Assembly: GCA_965240325.2 (NCBI GenBank)
Contig: OZ251223.1
Location: 4,278,001-4,342,000 of the forward strand
Direction of reading: 5' to 3'
Source: Rebecca billardiae RCC1528
Taxonomy: Eukaryota > Protista > Haptophyta
DNA: 64,000 nucleotides
Every line of letters begins with the position of its first letter. The stretch's first letter is position 1. The notes beneath the pieces were generated by a model. It ran no database searches and was not told the DNA's origin. It saw only the letters and a program-made list of their open reading frames with translations. Of this stretch, positions 56,130 through 64,000 are shown one piece after another. The translations under genes were made by a program, and so were the position numbers.

Positions 56130-58298
56130 ATGGCGGCGGACGCCCGGACCGCCGCCCAGCGCGCGCTCGCGGCGCTGCGCGCGCTCGACCTGTTCCACGA
56201 CACGAAGACGCCCGAGCACATCCGCGAGCGCACGGTGTGCGGCGGCCTCGTCTCCCTCACCTGCCTCGCGGTGATCTGCGTCTCGGCCGGCGCCGAGCTG
56301 CCGATCGTGAGCTCGATGCTGCGCAGCACCGCCTTCTCCGCCTTCACGTCGGGCGAGCGCCGCTCGCTGCTGCACATCAACATCGACGTGCTCTTCCCGT
56401 CGCTGCCGTGCGGCGACATTGTGATCGACGTGTCCGACGCGTCGGGCCTCGAGTCCGTCCACTTCGGCGACTCGCTCAGCAAGCTGCGGCTCGACGCGCG
56501 CGGCGAGCCTGTCGGCGTCGCGCCCGTCCACGGCGGCTTCAAGGCGCGGCTGGGCGCGAGCCTGCGGCTGCGCGCGGCGGCCGAGGCGGTGGGCCGGGCG
56601 CTCGCGAACGCGAGCCGCGTGCACGCCTGCGGCAGCTGCCCGCCCGCCGACGCGCCCGCGTGCCCGACCGACTGGCGGCCGCGCGGCGAGTCGGCGTGCG
56701 AGGCGCCTCGGTGGTACTTTGGCCCGTGCCCTGGCACGATCCGGTTCGCGGCGCGCGAGCCGGACGCGCGGAGCGAGGTGAGCGCGGCGTGCGAGGTGCA
56801 CTGGCCCTGCGCCGAGGCGCCCGCGCGGCCGCCCGCCGGCGCGCCGCCCAACGCCTCCGCCGAGCACGGCGCGCGCGCGGCGGCGCGCGGCGCTGCGCCG
56901 CGGGGCGGCGGCGCGGACGGCGGCGCGCGCTCGCGGCCGGCGCGGCTGCTCGACTCGATCGCCAACGTGCGGCGCGCGCTGCCGGCGCACGACGTGGCGG
57001 CGGCGGGCTCGGGCTCCGAGCCGGGCGGCGCAGAGCCCGGCGCCGACGCCACACCCGCCGCGCTCGAGGGCCTCGTGCGCGGCGTGCGCGAGCTCGAGCG
57101 CGCCGAGCGCGCGCACGGCGGCGGCGCCGGCGCCGGCGCCGCCGGAGCGGCGGGCCCCGAGGGCGGCGGCGGCGGCGCGTGGCGCGGCGCGGAGGCGGTG
57201 GCGCTCGCCGAGCGCGCGCTGGCCGCGTCGCGCGGCGGCGGCGGGCCGGGCTCGGTCGAGGTGCGCGCCGCGCTCGACGAGCTCGAGGCGCACGCGCGCG
57301 CCGCGCTCGGCAGCCACGCCGAGTGCTGGCGCGAGGCGCTGCACGGCGTGCGCGCGCTGCTCGAGGGCGCGCTGCTCGAGGTGGGCGCGGTGCTGGCGGA
57401 GGGGCGGGGCGCGGGGGTGGAGGAGGGCGCGCGCGCGCAGCTGCGCGGCGCGAAGGACGCGCTGCAGCGGCTGGTCGAGCACGCCTCGCTCAACGGGCCG
57501 CTCGCGTCCGCGCTCGCGCACGGCCGCGCGGACAGCGCGCGAGAGCTCGAGGGGCGGCTGGAGGCGTCGGCGCGCGCGGTCGCCGGCTCGCTCGCGGCGC
57601 TGCTGGGCGCCGAGCTGGGCGGGGAGGGGGCGGAGGGGTGCAACGTGTACGGCGTGCTCGAGGTGGCGTTCACGCCCGGACGGCTCAGCATCACGCCCGG
57701 CACGCCGCCCGCGCACGCGGCCGCGCACGGCCGCTCCCTCGCCGGCGGGCCGGTCGGCCACCGGCTGCACAGCGCGCGCGGCCGCTGGGCCAACACCTCG
57801 CACCGCGTGCGCCACCTCTCGTTCGGCGCGTACTTCCCCGGGCAGCACGCGCCGCTCGAGCGCGCGCACTTCCACGCGGACGCGCCGGCGGAGGTGGTGT
57901 ACGCGGTGCACGTCGTGCCGGTCGAGTACGAGGGCGTGCACGCGCCGGGCGAGCTGGCCAGCTCCAACGTGTACGCGGGCACGCGGCACGTGCACCGGCT
58001 GCGCTGGGACTCGGCGGCCGAGCGCATGCCGGGCGTGTACTTGCTGTACGACATCTCGCCGCTCAAGCTCGTGATCCGCGAGGCGTGGGCGCACGGCGTG
58101 CACGAGCTGGCCTGGCGCGTCCTCTCGATCGGCAGCAACCTGTACATCGTCGGCGCCGTGGTCGACCGAGCGCTGCGCGGCGCAGCGCGCGCCCTGCGGC
58201 GCGGCCGCGCGGCCGCTTCGCGCTGGGAGGCCATGACGAGGCTGCCGCCCTCGCGCCGAGGATCGCACCACAGCGACTCTGCCGAGATGGGCCGATAG
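56130..58298 (+). CDS. ERGIC3: ERGIC3/Erv46-like ER-Golgi cargo protein with a long internal insertion
   Basis: LRALDLF...RTVCGGLVSL, LHINIDVLFPSLPC...IDVSDASG, CGSC, EGCNVYGVLEV...GRLSITPG, NTSHRVRHLSFG, MPGVYLLYDISPLKLV. Confidence 0.75.
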   Translation: MAADARTAAQRALAALRALDLFHDTKTPEHIRERTVCGGLVSLTCLAVICVSAGAELPIVSSMLRSTAFSAFTSGERRSLLHINIDVLFPSLPCGDIVIDVSDASGLESVHFGDSLSKLRLDARGEPVGVAPVHGGFKARLGASLRLRAAAEAVGRALANASRVHACGSCPPADAPACPTDWRPRGESACEAPRWYFGPCPGTIRFAAREPDARSEVSAACEVHWPCAEAPARPPAGAPPNASAEHGARAAARGAAPRGGGADGGARSRPARLLDSIANVRRALPAHDVAAAGSGSEPGGAEPGADATPAALEGLVRGVRELERAERAHGGGAGAGAAGAAGPEGGGGGAWRGAEAVALAERALAASRGGGGPGSVEVRAALDELEAHARAALGSHAECWREALHGVRALLEGALLEVGAVLAEGRGAGVEEGARAQLRGAKDALQRLVEHASLNGPLASALAHGRADSARELEGRLEASARAVAGSLAALLGAELGGEGAEGCNVYGVLEVAFTPGRLSITPGTPPAHAAAHGRSLAGGPVGHRLHSARGRWANTSHRVRHLSFGAYFPGQHAPLERAHFHADAPAEVVYAVHVVPVEYEGVHAPGELASSNVYAGTRHVHRLRWDSAAERMPGVYLLYDISPLKLVIREAWAHGVHELAWRVLSIGSNLYIVGAVVDRALRGAARALRRGRAAASRWEAMTRLPPSRRGSHHSDSAEMGR

Positions 58299-59465
58299 CA
58301 GCAGGCGACGACAGCGCTTTCGGCGTCATGACGTCATCATCATCACGCAGCAGGCTGCATGCCCGCCCGATGCCCGGCGGCGCGGATCGTCATCGTCGGC
58401 GGAGTCGGGAGTAGGGCCTGAGTGAGACTGCCATGATGATCGCCAGACTCAGACGTCGACGATCACGCGACGATGACAAACAAATACTACATCAATGCTC
58501 GTCATCAGACGCACCGCGAGCAGCATAGCTGACATAGGCATCAGTATATGCATATGCGCATATATTCATGCCGATGCGGGCCGCCGCAATGAACTATGAA
58601 GCCGGGCCGCCATGCCGGCGGCGGCATGCCCGGGCCCGGCGCTGATGCCCGGGCATAGCGGCCCCCGCCGGGCCGCGCCGCGGCGGGGCCGCGGGGCCGA
58701 GTCCGCTCGGAGTCGGCCAGGACGGCAGGAGCCCCAGCATCGGCTAATGCTATGCATGCCCGCCGTGCGGCGATTTGATATGCGCGGCGCGATTCGGCAG
58801 AGCGCGGCGCGGCAGCGCGCGGGCCGCGTGCGGGCCGCCCGGGGCCCGGGCGGGGCAGCATGAGCATCGTCAGGTAGCGACTGCTTAGATGATGACGCCG
58901 TGGCTGACGTGGGCGTGACAGCGCAGACTGACACTACGACGCGTATATAGTACTACGTTGGAGCCGACGACTGGTGAGACCGGTGGCACGGCAGTGCCAC
59001 TGGCACTCACACTGGCGGCTGGTCGCACACTCATCCGACTCTCGGACGGTCTCGCGGCCTTGGGCTTGGCCGCCTCGCCCTCGGGCTGCCCCGTTCCGCG
59101 GGCGGCGTCGTCCCGGGGGTGAGAGTGCCGCTGATGCTGACCATATACTACGGTAGCCTAGCGTATACGTGATGCAGCCCCTCTGGCGGGATTCGTCACC
59201 GATTCAGTGGCCCCGCAGCTGCAGACTGCTGAGACTGCGCCGCACTCCGACTCCGAGTGCCGCCGCACAATGTCAAACTCTTACTCCGACCCCGCTGCGC
59301 ATAATAACTGGCATGATGGGCCAGTGCGGCCTGCTGTCACCCGACCGCCGCGGGACTGGCAACCGTCGTGCGCATGCTGCTCGGCGCCCACGCCGACACG
59401 GCCTCGGCCTGACGCGCGCCTGCGCACGCGATCGGCCCGAGCGCGGCTGCGCGCGCGCGCGCGTG

Positions 59466-60194
59466 TCAGGTTGGGCGCAAGAAGGTCGGGTAGTTGACGC
59501 TCCGGCTCGAGTTGCGGTAGAACTTGCACGAGATGCAGTCGAGGGGCGTGCCGCCCTGCTGCGCCTTGCGCGCGTCCTTGGCCTCGTACACCTTCATCTG
59601 CAGGATGAACTCGGTCTCGCGGCAGTACCGCTCGTTGCTCAGCAGGTAGGCGACGCGCACGGGCATCTGTATTCTGAAGCCGTCGCCCGTCGGCGTGATG
59701 TCCGACGTGTCCCACAGGCCCTCGCAGACGAAGTCGTTGTTGGTGCGCAGCTGCTTCGTGATCGGGACGTCGAACTCGCCCACGCGCACCGCGAGCAGCG
59801 AGTCGAACGGCACCGTCGCGTTCGCCACCTGGAAGATGAGCGTGTACTTCTGCTTGGACGCGACCTTGACCGTGTTGCGCGAGGGGAACGTGTCGTCGCG
59901 CTCGCATTTGGTGTGCACGGCCACCTGGTGGCCCGCCGAGTCGGTGGCGCAGACTTGCAGCCGGAACTCGAAGAGCTCGAACGGCGTGTCGCCAGACTCG
60001 GCCGCGGGCTCATCGGGCGGCTGCGGCGTAGCCTCGCCCGTCGACGCGGCGGAGGCGGCGGCCGGCCTCTCCGCGCGGCTCGCATCGTCCGCCTGCTGGC
60101 CCGGCGAGGATGCGGCGGGCATCGACGTGTCATCTGTACCCGCACGGCCCGGGCCGGCGCCCACAGCCGCGTCGGGCACGGCCTCTTCGCTCAT
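59466..60194 (-). CDS. CNRIP1: CRIP1a/CNRIP1 (cannabinoid receptor-interacting protein 1) family homologue with an acidic disordered N-terminal extension
   Basis: Co-linear with human CRIP1a as I recall it: [27 protein letters not shown] ~ [42 protein letters not shown] ~ GTYDTEGVTPTKSGER; LQMKVY...QGGTPLDCI...NSSRSV ~ WQVKFY...QWGSPFSVI...NETRSL. Confidence 0.8.
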   Translation of the reverse strand: [242 protein letters not shown]

Positions 60195-60672
60195 CTGCGC
60201 GACGTTCAGCGCTCGGAAAGGCGCTCCGCCAGGAGGGAGCACCCTTGCAGGGCAGGGCGAGCTCGGCGCAGCTCTCAATGAAGTCAGTGCGCCGCAAGAT
60301 GGCGGCGGCGGCGGCGGCGTCCGCGCAAAAAGAAATCATGCTGAAGTATGATGGGGGGGTAGCCCCCATACGGTAGTGGAAAATGCGCCAATTAGCTACT
60401 CAGCAAAACATTGTATGACCTTGCTGATGTACGATGCGCGGCTGTCCATCTCTCGACACTCGTCGGCGACTCAACAGCCGTTGCCAGCCGTGTCCGCCAG
60501 TCGGTACGACGGTGCAGCGCGGCCGATCCCAGGACGATGGAGCCTGAGGCGCGGGCCCGCGTCCGCGGCGTCCGGCCGCCGCGGCCTGAGGCTGAGTTGG
60601 ACGCCCGCGGTGGACGGGTCCCCCACATCCACGGAGGCGCGGCGCGGCCAGCACCTCGAGCGCGCCCACGGC

Positions 60673-61959
60673 TCAGCCACCCTTCGCCGAGGAGAAGACT
60701 GTGGTGCGGCAGTCGGAGCGCTCGGCGGCCCCATCCACTGCCGGCGCGTCTGCGTGGCCTGCCGCCTCAGCCTCAGCCTCAGCTCGGACGCGGAGCGCCG
60801 CGCCCGTCGCGCCGCCCGCCTCGCCGTTGGCCGGCGGCGGCAGGGGTTGGGCGAGCTGCCAGAGCTCCTCCGTGAGCAGGACGCCCTCGCACGAGCCCAT
60901 CGTCGGCGCGTAGTGCACCAGGCTCAGCCCGACCGCCTCCATCACCGCGTACAGCAGGCAGAGCTTGGGCACCGCCATCGCCGCCTCCTCGTGCAGCGGG
61001 TACGCACTCGCCAGCTCCGCGTCGCCCCGGCCCACGACGCGCTCGACGGCGCGCCAGACGTCCTCGCGCGTGAAGGCGCGGCGGCCGGTGATCGCGGCGG
61101 CGACGAAGAAGATCGACGTGCGCTCGCCGATGCCCACCACCACCACGCCCGGCTGCGTCGCCTTGTGCGCGAGCCACGTGGGCGGCGGGGGCAGCTCGAT
61201 CCGCAGCTGGGCGACGAGCGAGCGCGCCTGCGCTGCGCTGACGGGGTTGGGCGAGGAGCTGCCGTCGGGCGCGAAGCTGAGGCCCTGCACGCGCTCGACG
61301 AGCATCTGCGTCACGTCGCTGTCGCCGAGGTGCCCCTCGTGCACTCGCACGCCGCGCCCGTCGGCGCCCTGACCGTCGGCGCGCTCGGCTGCGCCGTGCT
61401 CGTGCTCGCGCGCGGCGGAGAGCTGGAAGCTGCCCGCGCCGGAGTCCCACGCGATGAGCTGCGCGGCGGGGGCGCGCCGTGAGGCGAGGGCGGAGAGGAA
61501 GCCCAGCCGGCCCTCCAGATCCTGCGTGACCACGCGCACCGACACGCCCGGGAACTGCGTGAGCGAGTCGAGAAAGTCGGGCCCATTCTCCGCACGCCTG
61601 AACACGGCGGTCGCCACGCCGACGATGCGGCCGTCGGCGCCGAGCGACTGGGCGACGCTCTTGAAGCGGGCGATGGTCTGCCGTGACGTGCTCAGGATGG
61701 CGTCACTCAGCGCGCCGCTGCCGTTCCCGACCAGGTCGTGCCCGAGCAGCACCTGCACCTGCTCCGCATGCACGATGCGCACGATCTGGCCCGCGCCCCC
61801 GCCGGCGCGCGTGTCCACGTCGGCGACGAGCAGCTTGTGCTGGCCCGACCCAATGTCGAGAGCCGCGCGCCGGAAGACGTGCCTCCGGCGGCGGCCGCGC
61901 AGCACGAGGGCGAGGCACGCCAAGGCCGCCGCCACGCCGAACAAGACCCGTTCGCGCAT
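60673..61959 (-). CDS. Ppx/GppA-family (ASKHA) phosphatase, short form, with an N-terminal hydrophobic anchor
   Basis: AALDIGSGQHKLLVADV, VATAVFRRAENGPDFL, VVTQDLEGRLGFLSA, AWDSGAGSFQLS. N-terminal VLFGVAAALACLALVL followed by RGRRRR. No HD domain. Confidence 0.85.
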   Translation of the reverse strand: MRERVLFGVAAALACLALVLRGRRRRHVFRRAALDIGSGQHKLLVADVDTRAGGGAGQIVRIVHAEQVQVLLGHDLVGNGSGALSDAILSTSRQTIARFKSVAQSLGADGRIVGVATAVFRRAENGPDFLDSLTQFPGVSVRVVTQDLEGRLGFLSALASRRAPAAQLIAWDSGAGSFQLSAAREHEHGAAERADGQGADGRGVRVHEGHLGDSDVTQMLVERVQGLSFAPDGSSSPNPVSAAQARSLVAQLRIELPPPPTWLAHKATQPGVVVVGIGERTSIFFVAAAITGRRAFTREDVWRAVERVVGRGDAELASAYPLHEEAAMAVPKLCLLYAVMEAVGLSLVHYAPTMGSCEGVLLTEELWQLAQPLPPPANGEAGGATGAALRVRAEAEAEAAGHADAPAVDGAAERSDCRTTVFSSAKGG

Positions 61960-62364
61960 CTTCCCTTGCGGCTTCCGCCTTTTGACGGCGGTCGTGGGCA
62001 AGGTGGGACCGCTCCGGGCGAGTTGAAAAGCTCGCGAAAGCTGTTGCGTTTGCGAACGTCAGTCGTCACCGTGGTCGTCAGGCGGTGGTTTCATCCGACA
62101 ACGATACGACATTTCACATTTCCTCGAACCGCTGGAGATCGATTTCCAGGCCGGAAAAAGGGAAAAGCCGAAAATGCGAAAACAAAAAGATCGCTCGTCG
62201 GAAAAACCTTAAAACCCTGCGAGCAGGCGCCCGCCCAGCCGCCCACCGGCGAGGCGGCGGAGCCTTCGTGATATCCGCTTGCCGCGGGCGCGCGCTTGAA
62301 GCGCAGGGGCCGCGCGGCGCGGCGCGAGGCGGATCCGGCGCGGTCGTTGCGGGCGCCGCGCGCG
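61960..62364. promoter_or_regulatory. Putative bidirectional promoter between Ppx/GppA and SPX-MFS
   Basis: 405 bp between divergent ATGs, with an A-tract-rich core at about 62090-62215. Confidence 0.5.
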
Positions 62365-63900
62365 ATGAAGTTTGGCAAGTATCTGAAGGAGCATGTGCAC
62401 GAGCCGTGGAAGGAGCACTACATCGACTACGGCATGCTCAAGAAGTCCGTCTCCTCCACGGCGCGCGTGCAGGACGCAGACCCGATGCTGCTGCCGGCGC
62501 AGAGCAAGCACGCCTCGATCGACCGCGAGATCGCCGAGTTCTTCCGCGTGCTCGACGCGGAGATCGACAGGGTGGGTGCCTTCTACGCGCAGAAGGCCGC
62601 CGAGCTGCGCGTCGAGCTCTCGCAGCTCAACGCCGAGCAGCAGGCGTCGGGCGCGTCGGACGCGATGGTCGAGGCGCTGCGCGACGTCGGGCGCAACGTC
62701 GTGCTGCTCGTGCAGTTCCTCGAGCTGAACCTGACGGGGCTGCGCAAGATCCTGAAGAAGCACGAGAAGCGCGTGAAGGAGCACCCCATCGCCGAGCGCT
62801 ACCTCAAGTCCCGGCGCGACAAGGAGTCTGCGCTGCAGCGGCTGCACAACCACACCGAGCTCGACGAGATCTACGACGGCGTGCGCCAGGCGATCAACGT
62901 GGCGCACACCGACCTGGAGGTGCAGGCGCTGCTGGTGCAGCAGGAGGGCGCCGACGGCGGCGCCGGCTCGCCGCTCGGCTCGCGCTCGAGCCTCGGCTCC
63001 GCGGAGCACGGCGCGCACACGCCGAGGCGCGGCGCGGGCGCGGCCGCGGCCGACGGCACGCCGCCGCCGCGCTCCGCCGCCGCCGCCGCGGGCAGCACGC
63101 CGCGGACGGGCGGGAGCAGCGCGTCGCGCCCGCCGCGCGCGTCGATCTACGTGCACGAGCCCATCATCCGCGAGATGCGCGACCGCCTCCGCGAGCTCGA
63201 CCACGCCTCGCGCTTCGTGTCGACGTTTGTGCTCTCGCTGGCGGAGGAGTCGGGCATCACCTCGGAGGAGGGGCAGGGGATGGAGAAGTCCGGGAGCAAG
63301 CCCTCGCTGTACTTCAACCTGCTCAGCACGTTCCTCTTCATGGTGAACTACTACGTGATCCTGCCCACCAGCGGCGCGTACTGCGCCACGCTCGGCGCCA
63401 CGCCCTCCTTCTCGGGCGTGGTCGTGGGCATCCTGCCGCTCGCCGCGTGCGTGGCCGCCGTGGGCTACTCGTACGCTACTCAGTACTCGTACAGGCTGCC
63501 GCTGCTGCTCTCGGGCGCGCTGTGCGCGGCGGGCAACGTGGCGTACGCGCTCGCGCTGCCGCTCGGCTCGCTGCCGATGGTGCTCGCCGGGCGCATCCTC
63601 GTCGGCATGGGCGGCGCGCGCGTCGTCAACCGCAGGTACATCGCCGACCACGTCGACCTCAACTACCGGACGGAGGCGTCGGCCGCGTTTGTCGCCTTCA
63701 CCGCGCTCGGCATGGCGGTCGGGCCGGGCGTCGCGTCGGTCGCGAGCGCCGTGCCGAGCTTCGAGTGGATGGGGCTGCCGTTCAACACGATGACCACGCC
63801 GGGCTACCTGATGGCGCTCGTCTGGCTGCCCTTCACCTCGGCGGTCGCGCTCTTCTTCGTGGAGCCGCCGAGGCACGTCGACCGCGCGCCGCCCGAACGC

Positions 63901-63952
<52 letters not shown>

Positions 63953-64000
63953 TGTCGGCGCTCAAAGCCGTGGCCACGCCGGACGGCGGCGTCGGCGGCG
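62365..64000 (+). CDS. SPX-MFS (PHT5/VPT-type vacuolar phosphate transporter), 3'-truncated by the window edge and absent from the ORF track
   Basis: Manual translation gives MKFGKYLKEHVHEPWKEHYIDYGMLKK...FFRVLDAEIDRVGAFY...LNLTGLRKILKKHEK (SPX), then MFS SLYFNLLSTFLFMVNYYVILPTS...GRILVGMGGARVVNRRYIAD...ALGMAVGPG. Confidence 0.93.
63904..63951 (+). repeat. (GGC)16 coding poly-Gly tract in the SPX-MFS loop
   Basis: Perfect GGC run. Confidence 0.85.

Noticed and set aside
61960-62364. P1BS (GNATATNC) phosphate-response element
   Set aside because: Only a near-match (TGATATCC at about 62269) was seen.
62209-63903. 564-aa minus-strand ORF
   Set aside because: It is antisense to the clear SPX-MFS gene, which the track missed because it runs off the window.

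Overview
This window is very GC-rich eukaryotic nuclear DNA with short (GC)n-rich spliceosomal introns (one with a GC-AG donor). It carries BBS2, so the host is probably flagellated; a haptophyte-like alga is my inference, not something the sequence proves. Genes in order: TAF5 3' end; a PH+IQ protein; a 3.55-kb CAC-terminated TIR element with a 3-bp TSD; a stand-alone SNF2 N-lobe; a small secreted 6-Cys protein; a TPR-Kelch-pRiA4b-ORF3-MYND protein; an UNC-93-like MFS protein; a Sec7-PH-TBC fusion; BBS2; two head-to-head paralogues, each built from four SLATT-like 2TM modules; a 7,729-aa single-exon (Ser-Pro3)n + REJ + GPS + ~5TM polycystin-1-like protein; an ERGIC3-like protein; a CNRIP1/CRIP1a homologue; and a Ppx/GppA phosphatase divergent from an SPX-MFS transporter that runs off the right edge. 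The best candidates for undescribed biology are (1) the divergent 4xSLATT pair, (2) the micron-scale extensin-polycystin receptor with nested higher-order repeats, (3) the bidirectional Ppx/SPX-MFS phosphate module and (4) a non-animal CRIP1a homologue. All family assignments come from recognising motifs by eye; no searches were run.
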